Below, in pieces: positions 29,585 through 42,509 of a DNA stretch of 64,000 bases. The position numbers and the translations under genes are program-made. Numbering within the stretch: the first letter of the stretch is position 1; each line of letters starts with the position of its first letter. The DNA lies in assembly GCA_000004695.1 (NCBI GenBank), contig CM000152.2, positions 5,536,001 to 5,600,000 of the forward strand, in the 5' to 3' direction. The notes beneath the pieces are model-generated. The model was not told the origin of the DNA. It did not search any database and was given only the letters and a program-made list of their open reading frames with translations. The DNA is from Dictyostelium discoideum. Its lineage: Eukaryota.

Positions 29585-32500
29585 ATGGTAAAATTGTTTG
29601 GAAAATCGAAGAAAAAGGAGGAATCTCCTCAATCCATTGATATTGCATTCCAAAGTATTTTGGTAAGTTTTTAAAATAATTTTCTTTTTTTATTTTTATT
29701 AGTTTTATTTAACTTACAAATAACATATTTATTTAAAATTATTATTATTTTTTTTTTATTAGGATGAAATTGGTGTTGTTGAAACAGAAAAAAAACATTT
29801 AATGGCAACAATGTAATATATAATTTTTTTTTTTTTTTTCTATTTTTTTTTTTTTTTTTTTTTTTTTTCTAATATTTTTTATTTTTAATTTTTTTTTTTT
29901 CAATTTTAATTATAACAAATATAGGGATACAGTTAGAAAACAACAATTAATTCAATCATATTCAAGTAAAAAATTTTCAAAGAATGAATTTGGGAATAAA
30001 TCAAAAAAGAAATCAATTATAACTCAATCACCACATTACTTTGTAGATTGTTTAAAAAATGACCCATCTAAAGAAGTATTGACATCATTACGTGTTCGTT
30101 TGGGTAATCAACCACTAAAATGGTTGAAAGAATTTTTATCATTAGATGGTGTATCATTATTAATTAAAGTTTTAATTTTAAATGAAATTAAACAAGTGTA
30201 TGTATTTTTAAATAATTTATTTATTATTAAAAAATTAAAAAATTATTACTATTTATTAATAAATTTATTTGAAAAAAAAAAAAAAAAGTAAAAATCAAGA
30301 AGATATTTATAAAATTGCACAATGTTTACATTCATTAAAATTAATAATGAATACAAAATTTGGATTAGAATCAGTTATAAAACAACCAACTAATATACAT
30401 TCAATTTCATTGGTTATGGATACACCACATTTGAAGACTAGAATCATGGTTATAGAATTATTGGCAGCATTATGTGTTGTAAATTCCAAAGGTTTACCAT
30501 TGGTATTGAGTGCAATGGATAACTATAGAGAAGTAAAGAGAGAGAAGAAACCATTCATTCATCTTTTTCAAGGTTTAAAGAATCCTTCTGGTTCATTACA
30601 AGCTACTACATTTGCATTGATTAATACATTGATTAGTAGTAGTCAAAGTGTTGAAGAGAGACAAAAGATTAGAAATCAATTTAAAAAGTTGGGTATTACA
30701 AAGGTGATTGAGGAATTGGAGCCAGAATATGCAAATAATCCAGATTTGGCAACACAAAAAGATCTATACGAACAGGAATGTAGATGGGATGAACAAGAAC
30801 AAATTGAAAATGCACGTGGTGATATCTCTGATGAAAACCCTGAAGCATTGGTAAAGGCAATCCTTGATAGAACTGCTGGTGGTCCATTGTATTCTTCATT
30901 CACTTCAATCTTAAGATTATTGGCAAATTCAATCACTGATCAAACAAAGGATCAGTCATTGTCAAACTATTTATTCGTAGAGAAGGTCATTGGTAAAATG
31001 AATAATGGTGAATCTTATCTCGATGATATTGGTACATTTTTTGGTGGAGGTGGTGGTGGTGATGGTAGTTTAGATATCGCTCATGTATCTGGAGAGAAAG
31101 CAGTACTCATTCAAAAGGAGATTGAAGATTTAAAGAAACAAAAAAAGAGAGATCAAGATAAATTGGCAGAGAAAGATAAACTCTTAACTAAATTGGCAAA
31201 GAGAATGAGAAAGATGGAAGAGGCAATTAAATTAGGTAAAGGTTTAGAATATTTAAATAATCAAATTGAAATTGAATCACCACCCGATTCATCTACAAGT
31301 ACACCACAAGAAACAACACCTGGTGGCACCAAAGTACCTTTGAAAACTTCACCAGTTACAAAGGCTGATCTTAAACATAAACTTTCAACATTTACAACTG
31401 CTAAAGCTCCAAATGGTGTAAGTGATTTCCTTAGCGGTCTTGATACCACTAATCAACAAGGAAGTACGGATGCATCTCAAACTGAAGCTGGTAGTGGCGA
31501 CGGTATACCTTTACCACCGGGAGCACCTCCCCCACCTCCACCACCAGGTGGTAAATTAGCACCATCAACACCACAACTATGTTCACGTCCACCATCAATT
31601 AAAATGAAATCATATCAATGGACACGTTATCGTACTAGAAACGTTACCAATACATTCTGGAAGAATGTTAATCTCACAAAGTATAATGACTGTTTACCAC
31701 ATGAACAAATTGAAGGTTTATTTGGTGCAGCCATATTTGAAAAGAAAGAAAAGGAATTGAAAAAAGGATCAGAGGTAACTGTTATTGATACAAAGAGAGC
31801 TCAAAACATTGGTATTCTCTTATCAAGATTTAAAAATGTTACTCATGATGCAATCTATGATGCAATCTATAGTTTGGATGAGTCAATATTGGATCTTGAA
31901 ACCATTAATCAATTCATAAAGTATATTCCATCAAAGGAAGAAATTGATTGTATCATTGCATTTAAACAACAACAAGAACAACTACCAGAGGAAGAGAGAA
32001 TGAAATTGGGTAAATCTGAAATTTTCATTGATAAAATCTCTACCATTCCAAGATTAGAACAAAGAATTCAAGCATTACATTTCAAATTGAATTTCCCTGA
32101 TAAATTATATCATGCAAAACCAGACATTAGAAAATTCAATGAGGCATTTGTTCAACTTCAAAATAATAATATATTTGCAATTATGGAGTTAATTCTTTCC
32201 ATTGGTAATTTCATTAATTTTGGTACAAATCGTGGTAATGCAAGTGGTTTCAAAATAGATTCAATCAATAAAATGGCTGATACAAAATCAAATATTCGTG
32301 AAAAGTATACACTAGTTCATTATCTCATTGAGTTATTAGAAAGTACTCAACCAGAATTATTAAAAGTTTTCGATGAAATTCCATCAGTTGTTGATGCTGC
32401 TACTCTTTCATTTAATCAATCATCTTCTGAAATTAAATTATTAAGAGCTGGTTTAATTAAATTAGAAAAAGAAATTTTTGTTAGACAACCAAAATCAGTT

Positions 32501-33532
32501 GAACCAAAACCAGATGATGAAACTATTAATAATAATGGTGAAGATGATATAAATAATACCTCTAGTGATGAAAAAACTGAAGGTCAACAACAAAGACAAG
32601 GAGAAGAAGAAGAAAATGATGAAAGTGAATCAACTGGTAATAGTTTTGCTGATAGTTTAAAGAAAAAGAAATCTCAAGTTAATACAAATTCAACATCAGA
32701 TTCAAAACAATCATTAGAACCACTTAAAGATGATGATCCATTAAAATTGAAATTGTCAGAATTTTTATTAGCATCAAAGACAGAATTGGATGATACTGAA
32801 ACTTTGATAGCAGAGACAGAGGTTCTCTTTAAATCGATTTGTAAATTCTTTGGTGAGGATAGTACAAAAATTCAACCAGAAGAATTTTTAGCAATCTTTA
32901 AAAAGTTTAATGATAAATTTATAATGTCTAAAAAGGATTTGGAAATTGAAAAATCCATTAAAGATAAATCAACTCAAAGAAAGAATGAAAAGGAGAGAAA
33001 AGAAATGGAGATTAAAAAATCGAAATTGGAAATGATTCATTCGAAATTAAAGAAAATTGGTTCACCTTCATCCTCCAATAGAATTCTTGCTAGTAATGAA
33101 TCATCACCAACCTCTTCCACAAGTTCAGTGGTTCATCAACATGATGATGAAGATGAAGAAACTATCAAAGAGTATATCAATAATCCAAGTCCATCTCAAC
33201 AATCAAATTCTTCAGAGGAAGAAGGAATGATGGATGATTTATTGAATTTAATTCGTGATGGTAATTTCAGAGAATTGAGAAGGATGAATCTTCAACAAAA
33301 GAAACCAGTTAGAACTAAAAGAGTAATTGCTAAACAACCAACTCGTCCACAAGCTTTAGATACACCTTCTTCAACATATTCTTCAATCTCATCTATATAT
33401 GATGCTGAACCTCTTGATATGAGTGATCAAGAAGATGAAGATGAAGAAGAAGAAGAAGATGAAGAGGAGGAAGAAGAAGAAGAGGAAGGAGATGACGATA
33501 ATGATAACGATGAAGAAGAAGGTGAAAACTAA
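29585..33532 (+). CDS. Formin (Diaphanous-related: GBD/FH3-FH1-FH2-DAD-like acidic tail). Four exons: 29585-29662, 29763-29812, 29925-30197, 30289-33532.
   Basis: The N-terminal GBD/armadillo region is NDPSKEVLTSLRVRLGNQPLKWLKEFLSLDGVSLLIKVL...HLKTRIMVIELLAALCVV...NQFKKLGITKVIEEL. A coiled coil follows. The FH1 is a single PPGAPPPPPPPGG stretch. The FH2 runs SIKMKSYQWTRYRTRNVTNTFWKNV ... GLFGA ... ESILDLETINQFIKYIPSKEEI ... AFVQLQNNNIFAIMELILSIGNFINFGTNRGNASGFKIDSINKMADTKS ... YTLVHYLIELL. The C-terminus is acidic DEE-rich. Splice phases are consistent (..LNEIKQ|V|KNQEDIY..). Confidence 0.8.
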
Positions 33533-34014
33533 AGAAAAAAATAATACATTATACTTTATAAAAATACTTAATAAAAATATAAAAATAAAAATATAAAATA
33601 AATAATTGTTTTTTTTATTTCATTCCTTTATTAATAAATTAATTTGAATTTCCTGTTTAAAATTATTATTAACTAATAAAATTACAAAAAGGATTAAATA
33701 TACTCAATATCAAACTAGTTTGGTGGACTTAAATTCTAAAAATAGTTTTAAACAATGTTTTTTTTTTTTTATTTTTTCATTTTTTTTACTATACTTTTTT
33801 TTAAAAAATAGTTAAATGTGATTTTATAAGTTGTAATTAAATTTATGCGCATTTATTTAAATTAATTATTTTTTTTAATAAATTAATGATACTATTTTTA
33901 TAGTAAACAATAAAGTTTTTTTAAGACAATTTTTTTAATATATACAAATGAACTCCATTATATAAGAAATTCACTTTTTTTTTTTTTTTTTTTTTTTTTT
34001 TCAATCCTTTAATT

Positions 34015-34865
34015 TTAAATTTGTTCCATTCCTTTTGTAGAATATTTTGAAATTACATTAATTAAAGCTGAAGCCTTTTCAGAATTTTTACTTGTAAAAG
34101 CTGGTGTATTTCTTAATGATGCAGCACCTCCAACCACTAAAAAAAAAAACAAATTAATTAGTTTTTTTGTTCAAAAACCAAAAAATTTTTTTTAAAAAAA
34201 AAAAAATAATAACATAAATAAATAAATAAATAATTACTTTTTTGGTAAAGGAAGTTTCTAAAGGAATCATCTTTTTCAAAGATTGGTGGATCAGGTAATG
34301 GTGGGCCATAGTTTGGAACTTCATCTCTATTTGAAATTGAAACTCTATATTTAATTTTATTTGATGGTGTTGGAGAATTTGAATTGATTGTTGGGGATGT
34401 GGTTGTAGTAGTTGTTGTGGTTGTTGTTAAGGATGGTGATGGTTGTTCACCAACTACTCTATTTTCATCATTTGAAATACCAATTGTTGTTTTACTATTA
34501 CCAACAAAATTTTTAATTGGTTGAATTAAAATAATAATTTCTAAAAATAAAAAAAATAGTAAAATTAATATTTATATACACATATACACACATATATACA
34601 TATAAAACTATTTAATAAAATTATAATTCCAAAATTTATAAAATATACATACGAGTTGATTTTGATTTAATACAGTTTGGTGACATTGGTTTTGAACCAT
34701 CATTAAATATTATAACAACTCTATCTAATGATATTAACTTTCTTCTTTCAGATTGTTTTGGATCACTTGGAAAGAATGGTAACATTGTTGCAACATGATA
34801 CATTACCTCAACATCATTAATTTGTGAATAAATTGAATGTGTGCCATGTGAATTATCTTTTTTAA

Positions 34866-34897
<32 letters not shown>

Positions 34898-35588
34898 TAT
34901 GTTAATACTAATAATAATTGAAAAAAAAAAAAAAAAAGATTTGAATTAATTAAATCTTACTTTTAATATCTAAGCCACCATTGAATTTTGAAAAATCTTT
35001 TAATTCTACTTTTTCACCCAAAAAATTTAAAAAATCATTATATTCTTGAGAAACATTTGAGCTGATATTTTTAAGCATATCATTATCATCACGTTGAGAC
35101 TCTTTGCAATAGAGTAGAGCAGATTTAATAACTTTATTAAATTCTGGTTCACAAACTTTTACTAACTCTTCTTGAATTGATTTATCTGTAACTTTACATA
35201 GAGGTACCTTTGTTAATTCTGGACGGACACTTGTAATAACATTCAATGATGTTGGTCTCATTTTAAGGAATGATCTTGTTGTTTTTGATTTTTGTAATGA
35301 ATCTTTATTTGCTCTTACCTCTTCAAATCCTTTTTCAGTACAAACTAATAAATAGAAATCATCTGATGAATTACCAACCTTTTTAATACAAACTAAAATT
35401 GGACCATTAGGTGAACTTAAACTCATAAACGTTTTATGAGGTTTACCATAGAATTGTTGTTTATATATTGATGCCATAACTTTATTATTATCATTATTAT
35501 TGTTATTTTGATTGAAATTATTATTCCAATTTGTTTCTCCATCAGTTACACCACCTTCAATTCTATATCCTTCACAATGTGAAAACAT
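34015..35588 (-). CDS. Rap GTPase-activating protein (RapGAP domain, ~455 aa). Four exons, approx 35588-34961, 34856-34653, 34540-34238, 34136-34015.
   Basis: Collinear with the human RAP1GAP catalytic domain. Matches include QQFYGKPHKTFMSLSSPNGPILVCIKK vs [71 protein letters not shown] vs [93 protein letters not shown] vs [47 protein letters not shown], and YRVSISNRDEVPNYGPPLPDPPIFEKDDSFRNFLYQK vs [37 protein letters not shown]. A Thr-rich insert is present. The N-terminal limit is uncertain because the sequence upstream of 35588 is AT-rich. Confidence 0.7.
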
Positions 35589-36245
35589 TTTTATTTAAAA
35601 TATATATATATATATATATTTTATTTTATATTATTACTTTTTTTTTATTTATTTTTAATTATTGTTTTATTATTTTATTATTATTATTATTTTTTATTTA
35701 TTTTTTATTTCTAATTTTATATTATTACTTTTTTTTTTTTTTTTTTTTTTCTTATTAAATCAATTTATGTATATGTGTTGGGATTTTTTTTTTATTTTTA
35801 TTTTTATTTTAATTTTTTTTTTTATTCTTTTTTTTTTATTTTTTTTATTGTTTTTTTTGATATGTTTTTAAAATAATTTTATAAAAAATTCTAAATGTGG
35901 AATGAAATGTTTAATTAATTATTTTATTTGAACAATATAAAATTTTTATATATACTAATTTTGATTAATAATTGATAGTTTTTCTATGAGTGTTATTATT
36001 ATAATTTTCAAAAAAAAAAAAATAATAAAAACAATTGATATTGGGGTCCAAAAAAAAAAAAAAAGATAATACTGATGAAAATATTGATGTTTTAAAATAA
36101 AAAAATGTAATAATTGATTTATTTTTAAATATTAATTTTAATAATAATAATAAAAATAATAATAACAAAAAAAAAAAAAAAAAACCTTAATGTTGGAATT
36201 GATTTATTTTTAAATATTAATTTTAATAATAATAATAAATAAAAA

Positions 36246-36292
<47 letters not shown>

Positions 36293-36397
36293 TATTATCA
36301 CAAACTGACACTCCCCCTTTTAAATCTATTTTTGTCACTCACTAAAAAAATAATAAAAATAAAAAAATAAAAAAAATAAAAAAAAATAAAAAAAAAA

Positions 36398-36411
36398 CAC
36401 ACACACACACA
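36398..36411. repeat. Short (CA)7 run inside a 2.6-kb low-complexity intergenic desert (35590-38230)
   Basis: Seen directly. The desert is dominated by A/T homopolymers up to ~40 nt. Confidence 0.6.
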
Positions 36412-36451
36412 CAACTAAACCCACAAAGATAATGCACAAAAGCATTAATTT

Positions 36452-36491
<40 letters not shown>

Positions 36492-37808
36492 TTTGGGTTA
36501 AATGATATTAATATATAAATAGAAGTGCACATGATTGAGAGAGATTTCAATATTAATTTTTAACAAAAATTGGATGATCAACGAATCATACAATTTAAAT
36601 ATATAATTTTTATCATCTCACACAAAAATACACACTAACACACCCCAAAAATACAAAGAATTAAATTCTAAAAAAAATAAAAATAAAAATAGAAAATAAA
36701 AAAAAAAAAAAAGAAAAAAAAAAACACTATTTTTTGATATTGGATTATTAAATATATATATAAAAATTTTATTATTTTTTTTTTTTATCTGTTTTCTATT
36801 CTTTGTTAAGTTTTTTTTTTTTTTTATTTCTTGTGGAATTTGCCTTGATTTAAAAGAACAAAAAAAAAAAAAAAAACACCTTTTTATAAATTTTTTTTAA
36901 ACTATTATTATAATATATTTCCATGTTTAAAAAAAAAGACACTTTTTTTAAAACAAATAATTTTTTTTTTTTTTTTTTTTATTTTAAAAATTTTACAATT
37001 ATTTGTTTTAGAGCGATTGCCTTGTGAAAAAATAATTTTTAAATTAAGTTTAAAAAAAAAGACACTTTTAAATTAAATTGTTATATTCAAACACAAATAA
37101 ATAAAAAAAAAATAAAATAATAATAATAATAATAAAATGTTAATATAATTTTTTATTCGTAGATTTTTATTTATTGTTATTTTTTAAAATCTATTTGTTT
37201 TCGGATCTTTTTTTTAAAAAAAAAAAAAAAAAATATGTGAATATATATTTATATATATTTTTAAAAATAAGGATAAACAAATGGATTGTCAACTGATCAG
37301 TTTTTTAAAAAAAAAAAAAAATACCACAACAATGGTTTTCAACTGGCAAATTGCAAATTTTATTTTTATTTTTTTTTTATTTTTTTATTTTTTTATTTTT
37401 TTTATTTTTTTAATTTTTTATTTTTTTATTATTCTTCACCTGCGATATTTGAAACAGTTAAATTTCCTTTAAATAGTATAATTTTTATTTATTATTATTT
37501 TTCCCCTTCTTTTTCAAATATGTATAATTAAAATAAAAGTAAAGTTTTTTTAATATTATTATTTATTTTTTTTTTCTCTTATATTTGATCAAAAAAAAAA
37601 ATAATAATAATAATAGTAATAATAATAATAATTAAAAAAAAATAACATAAAAAGAAAAGAAAAAAAATATTCGAAAATAAAAAAAAGAAAAAATAATTAA
37701 AAACAGATAATAACTTAAATTTTGTTTAGTGTTTTCAATGTAATGAACTATTTAAATTAATTTTGGTGTTCTTTGAAATTTGAACCGTCAAAAAAAAAAA
37801 TCATTTTT

Positions 37809-37844
<36 letters not shown>

Positions 37845-37952
37845 CATTTAAATTGAATTTTTATTAATTTTTTTTTTTTCTCACATCACCTCCAACAAAT
37901 AACAACCAACTTTAATTTTTCAATTTTTTTTTTTTATTATTTTTATTTTTAA

Positions 37953-37983
<31 letters not shown>

Positions 37984-38240
37984 TTTTTTTCTAAATACAA
38001 AAAGGAAAATTTCTTTACCCCACAATAAAAAAAAAAAAATATAAAAAAATAAAAAAATAAAAATTAAATTTTTTTAAAAAAAAAAAAAAAAAAAAATATT
38101 ATAATTAAACAACTCCTCTCATACGACAAATATATAAATATAGATACATAATAGTAATAATAATAATAATAAAAATAGAGTAAATCAAATCAAATATATT
38201 ATAATATACATTAAACAACACAAACACAATAACTATTAAA

Positions 38241-40373
38241 ATGTATGGCAGAACTGCAAGAGCCTCTGAGCTCTTGGATAATTTAAAAGGTGAGATTGAT
38301 GCCCTCAACCATGAATTATCATTATATAAACACCAAAAAGATGACTATGAAAGAAAATGTATGTAAAATTTATAAATAATTTTTTTTTTTTTAAAAAAAT
38401 TTATAATTAAATAATGTAATAGTTCAAAATCAATTAGCAGAATTAAATACAATACAACAAACATTATATGATTTGGAGAGGGGTCAAAATAAGATGAAGA
38501 TACATTATGAAGAGGAGATTAGACAATTAAAGAGACAACTTGAACAACAAAATATAAATGCCAGTCAAAGAGATTTGAATAGTCCTTCAACATTTAGATC
38601 AAATAGTCCAGCTCCACCAGCACAACATAATAACAACAACAATAATATCATCAACAACAACAATAATAATAACAATAATAATAATAACATGCAAAGAAAT
38701 ACACCAACCCCAACTATTCCTGATAAAGGTCAACCAAAACAAAGACAACGTTCAGGATCTGGCGAATTTTATCAACAACCAGGTTTAGGTCCACAACAAT
38801 TAAATTTCCAACAATTAAATTTACAACAACAACAACAACAATTACAACAACAACAACAACAAGGAAGTGGTCAATCTTTCCCATCATTATCACCATTAGA
38901 TTCAAATAGACATCCAAAAGAAATGGGTAATAATATGAGTGGTAATAGTATGAGTATGAATAACAATAATAACAATTTAAATAAAAAACCAGATATGGAA
39001 GAAGTTAAAGAAGAAGATAGAAGAAGACAGTATGTATTCATTTTATTTAAATTTTTTAATAATTACATCACACACACTCATATATATATAAATATTAATA
39101 TATTTCTTTTTATTATTTTTTAAATCAATAATAGTGATACTGAAATGAGTGAAGAGAATGGTAAAGAAAAAGGTACAGATTGGTTAGTTGGATATAATCC
39201 AAGTGTTCAAACAAACCTAAATATTGATCTTCTTCATAATTTACAACACAATAGTGTTGTTTGTTGTGTAAACTTTAGTAATGATGGTAAGTATTTGGCT
39301 ACTGGTTGTAACAGAAGTGCTCAAATCTATGATGTAGATACCGGTAAAAAAGTTCAGTAAGTAATTTATTTTTATTTAAAAAAAAAAAAAAAAAAAAGAA
39401 ATTAAAATATTAATTTATTTTTATTATTATTATTATTATAATTATTATTATTATTATAGTGCATTTGTTGATGAAAGTGAAAAAGATGGAGATTTATATA
39501 TTAGATCAGTATGTTTTTCACCAGATGGTAACTATTTAGCAACTGGTGCTGAAGATAAAACTGTTAAAGTTTGGGATATTCACACTAAAAAGATTCAACA
39601 TACTTTCTATGGTCATGAATTGGATATCTATTCTTTGGATTACTCAAGCGATGGTAGATTCATTGTCTCTGGTAGTGGTGATAAGAAAGCAAAAATCTGG
39701 GATATTGAAAAAGGTAAATGTGCTTTCACACTTGGTAATGAAGAAGTTGGTCCAAAGAATGGTGTAACTTCTGTTGCTATGTCACCTGATGGTAGATTGG
39801 TTGCAGCTGTATGTATAAAGAATTATAATAGTAATAGTAATAACAATGATAAAGTGAGAGATATAAAGAGTTAAATTTAAACTAACATTTTTTTTTTATT
39901 TTTTTAATTTTATTTTTTAAAAAAAAAAGGGTTCATTGGATAATATTGTACGTTTATGGGATGCTCAAACTGGTTATTTCTTAGAGAGATATGAAGGCCA
40001 TTTAGATTCAGTTTATTCAGTTGCATTCTCACCAGACGGTAAATCTTTAGCATCAGGTAGTCTTGATAAATCCTTGAAACTTTGGGATTTATCCGGTTCT
40101 AGATCACGTTCAAGATGTAGAGCTACCTTTAATGGTCACAAAGATTTTGTCTTATCTGTAGCATTTTCACCAGACGGTAGTTGGTTAATTTCTGGTTCAA
40201 AGGATAGATCAGTCCAATTTTGGGATCCAAGAAATGGTACCACTCATATGATGTTACAAGGTCATAAGAATTCTGTAATTAGTGTTGCCCTCTCTCCAAA
40301 GAATAATTCTCATGGTGTGTTTGCTACTGGTTCAGGTGATTTCCGTTCAAGATTATGGAAATATGACTCTTAA
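38241..40373 (+). CDS. tupA: General transcriptional corepressor Tup1 homolog (TupA). Five exons: 38241-38349, 38423-39029, 39135-39356, 39460-39808, 39930-40373.
   Basis: Tup_N coiled coil: [39 protein letters not shown]|F|[41 protein letters not shown] (vs yeast Tup1 [35 protein letters not shown]). A poly-Q/N middle region follows. The seven WD40 repeats are collinear with yeast Tup1. Matches include [62 protein letters not shown] vs [93 protein letters not shown] vs [43 protein letters not shown], and [16 protein letters not shown] vs [16 protein letters not shown]. Confidence 0.85.
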
Positions 40374-40768
40374 ACAATTCCACCTCTCTCACTCTCCCTC
40401 CCCCTCCACTCTCGATAATTCATATTCTTTAATTACAACTTTAATATGAAAAAAAAAAAAAAAAAAAAAAAAAAGAAAAAAAAAATTTAAAAAAAAAAAG
40501 AAAAAAAAAAAGAAAAAAAAAAAAAAAAAAACTAAAATAATTCTCTTAATGAATTATGTATTAAAAGTAACAACAATCCACAATAATCCCAAAATAAAAA
40601 ATAAAATAAATAAAAAAACTGAATAAATTAAAAATATTTTGTATTATTGATTTCAATTATTTCATTTTTTTTTTTTCAGTCTTTGATATCCTAAAACTAC
40701 TTTTTTTTATTACTTGGAATTATTTTTTATTTATACAAATTATTATTATTATTATTTATTTTATATCA

Positions 40769-42232
40769 CTATATAAAGATAAGTTCTTTTACATTTGGTA
40801 AATCATTTTCTTGAATTATATGATCATATAACCGATTACAAATTGTTAATGATTTTACAGAAGGAATAATAAATGTGTCAAGTTTTTTATTAAAACTAGA
40901 ACCCAATTCTAATGATTCAACCAAAGGTATTACATTAATTGGAATATCTTGATTAAATTTATAACCTAATCTTAATTTTTTAATTGAATCCATGGATCCA
41001 ACTATTAATGGTTTATTAAATTCTGCACCAAGTTTTAAATATTTTAAATTATTAGGAAGATAACCTTTGTTAATTGATTGATTATATCTATCACCCAATA
41101 TTAATGAAGTTATTGAAGTTGATGATAGATTTGCATTTTCAAGTGGTTGATCAAAACAATAACCAAGTTCTAATGATATAATTGATTTTGGAATAGAGTA
41201 TGATTGTAACATTTGGTTAAAAATTCCTGTAATTGATAATGATGTACAAGAATTTGGTATTGAACCTTCAATTAGTGGTTTATCAAATGATACACCTAAA
41301 AATAAATCAACAACAGAGTTTGGTATTGAATTTGGTAAAAGGTTTTGATTAAAATTACTTTTAAATGTTAATTTTAATAAAGAACAAGGTAAATCACCTG
41401 GTGAAATTGGATGATTAAATTTTGAAAATGTTAAATCTGTAATGGATTGACCAAATGAATTTGCTATGATTGGTTGTGACCAACCATTTCCAAAATAAAG
41501 TGTTTTCAATTGTGATGGAAGTTGACCAATTTGAATTTGTTGATTGAAATTATTACCAAATATTAATGTAGTAATACAAGTTGCACCTAAATTTGCATTC
41601 TCTAATGATTGATTAAATGAATGACCAAAATTTAGTAATGTTAAACTTTGTGGTATTGAATATTCTACAATGGGTTGATTAAATAATAAACCAAATTCTA
41701 AAGTTTCCAATTGTTCAGGTAAGCAATCTTGTTGAATTGCTTGATTAAATATTGAAAATCTAATAGTTTTAACTGAATTTGGAATTGATCCATATGATAA
41801 CTGCTCATCATATCCTAATAAATTCAATTCTGTAATGGAGTCTGATTCAAAATATCCCTCTCTTAAATATCTCTTAAAATTTGGAAGTGATAGTTTAGTT
41901 ATTGATTTTGGTAATTTAATTGTTGACGGTTCCATATTATCCAAAATAATAATTGATTTTAAAAAATTTTTATTTTTATATTTATTTAATCTTTTTATAT
42001 CTAAAAAGGTTTTTTCATTCTCACCTATTCTTTCAATCGTACCTTTTAATAATTGATTTGAAATAATTTTTCTTAAATATTTATTTTTCCAAATTTTATT
42101 ATAAAATAATTCACCAATTTCATTATCATTTAAAATTTTAATCAATTGATTTTCTTTATTATCATTCCTAATTAATTTAAATATTAAACTATATTCTTTA
42201 ATAATTATAATTGTACGATTTCTATTATTCAT
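40769..42232 (-). CDS. FNIP-repeat-containing protein (487 aa, single exon)
   Basis: About 15 tandem ~22-aa repeats fit the Dictyostelium FNIP repeat pattern (...L.FG..FNQPL..GSIP.S...L.FG..FNQ.I...LP..L..L.FG; e.g. LEFGLLFNQPIVEYSIPQSLTLLNFGHSFNQSLENANLG, LYFGNGWSQPIIANSFGQSITDLTFSKFNHPI). Uninterrupted ORF. Confidence 0.75.
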   Translation of the reverse strand: MNNRNRTIIIIKEYSLIFKLIRNDNKENQLIKILNDNEIGELFYNKIWKNKYLRKIISNQLLKGTIERIGENEKTFLDIKRLNKYKNKNFLKSIIILDNMEPSTIKLPKSITKLSLPNFKRYLREGYFESDSITELNLLGYDEQLSYGSIPNSVKTIRFSIFNQAIQQDCLPEQLETLEFGLLFNQPIVEYSIPQSLTLLNFGHSFNQSLENANLGATCITTLIFGNNFNQQIQIGQLPSQLKTLYFGNGWSQPIIANSFGQSITDLTFSKFNHPISPGDLPCSLLKLTFKSNFNQNLLPNSIPNSVVDLFLGVSFDKPLIEGSIPNSCTSLSITGIFNQMLQSYSIPKSIISLELGYCFDQPLENANLSSTSITSLILGDRYNQSINKGYLPNNLKYLKLGAEFNKPLIVGSMDSIKKLRLGYKFNQDIPINVIPLVESLELGSSFNKKLDTFIIPSVKSLTICNRLYDHIIQENDLPNVKELIFI

Positions 42233-42398
42233 TTTTTTAAACTAAAATAAAAAAAAAAAAAAAAATCAAATCAAAAAAAAAGTAAAAAAAAAAAAAAAAA
42301 AAAAAATCATTGAGAGTTTTAAATTTAAGTTTTTTCTAAAAAAAATCATTGAGAGGAAAAAAAAAAAGGTAACCAACCTATTGATTCCATCAGGCTTA

Positions 42399-42509
42399 TT
42401 TTCGTCATCACTTATTAACAAAATGATATTGCCCCATAAAATTGTTACAAAATGGAAGAGGTAACAATTTTATGAGGCAATATTATAATGCTAATAAGTG
42501 ATGACGAAA
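42399..42509. repeat. Inverted repeat: ~49-bp arms (42399-42448 and 42461-42509, ~88 percent complementary) around a 12-bp spacer, in a locally GC-richer block upstream of the FNIP gene
   Basis: The left arm is TTTTCGTCATCACTTATTAACAAAATGATATTGCCCCATAAAATTGTTAC. The right arm is GTAACAATTTTATGAGGCAATATTATAATGCTAATAAGTGATGACGAAA, the reverse complement apart from ~6 mismatches. Each arm contains GTGATGA. A CTGA lies ~70 nt downstream (42572), giving a C/D-box-like arrangement. Confidence 0.6.

Noticed and set aside
29585-33532. Assigning the formin to a specific for gene (forA-forJ)
   Set aside because: The architecture (GBD/FH3, single short FH1, FH2, acidic tail) is clear. The paralog cannot be identified from memory without a database comparison, so the symbol is left empty.
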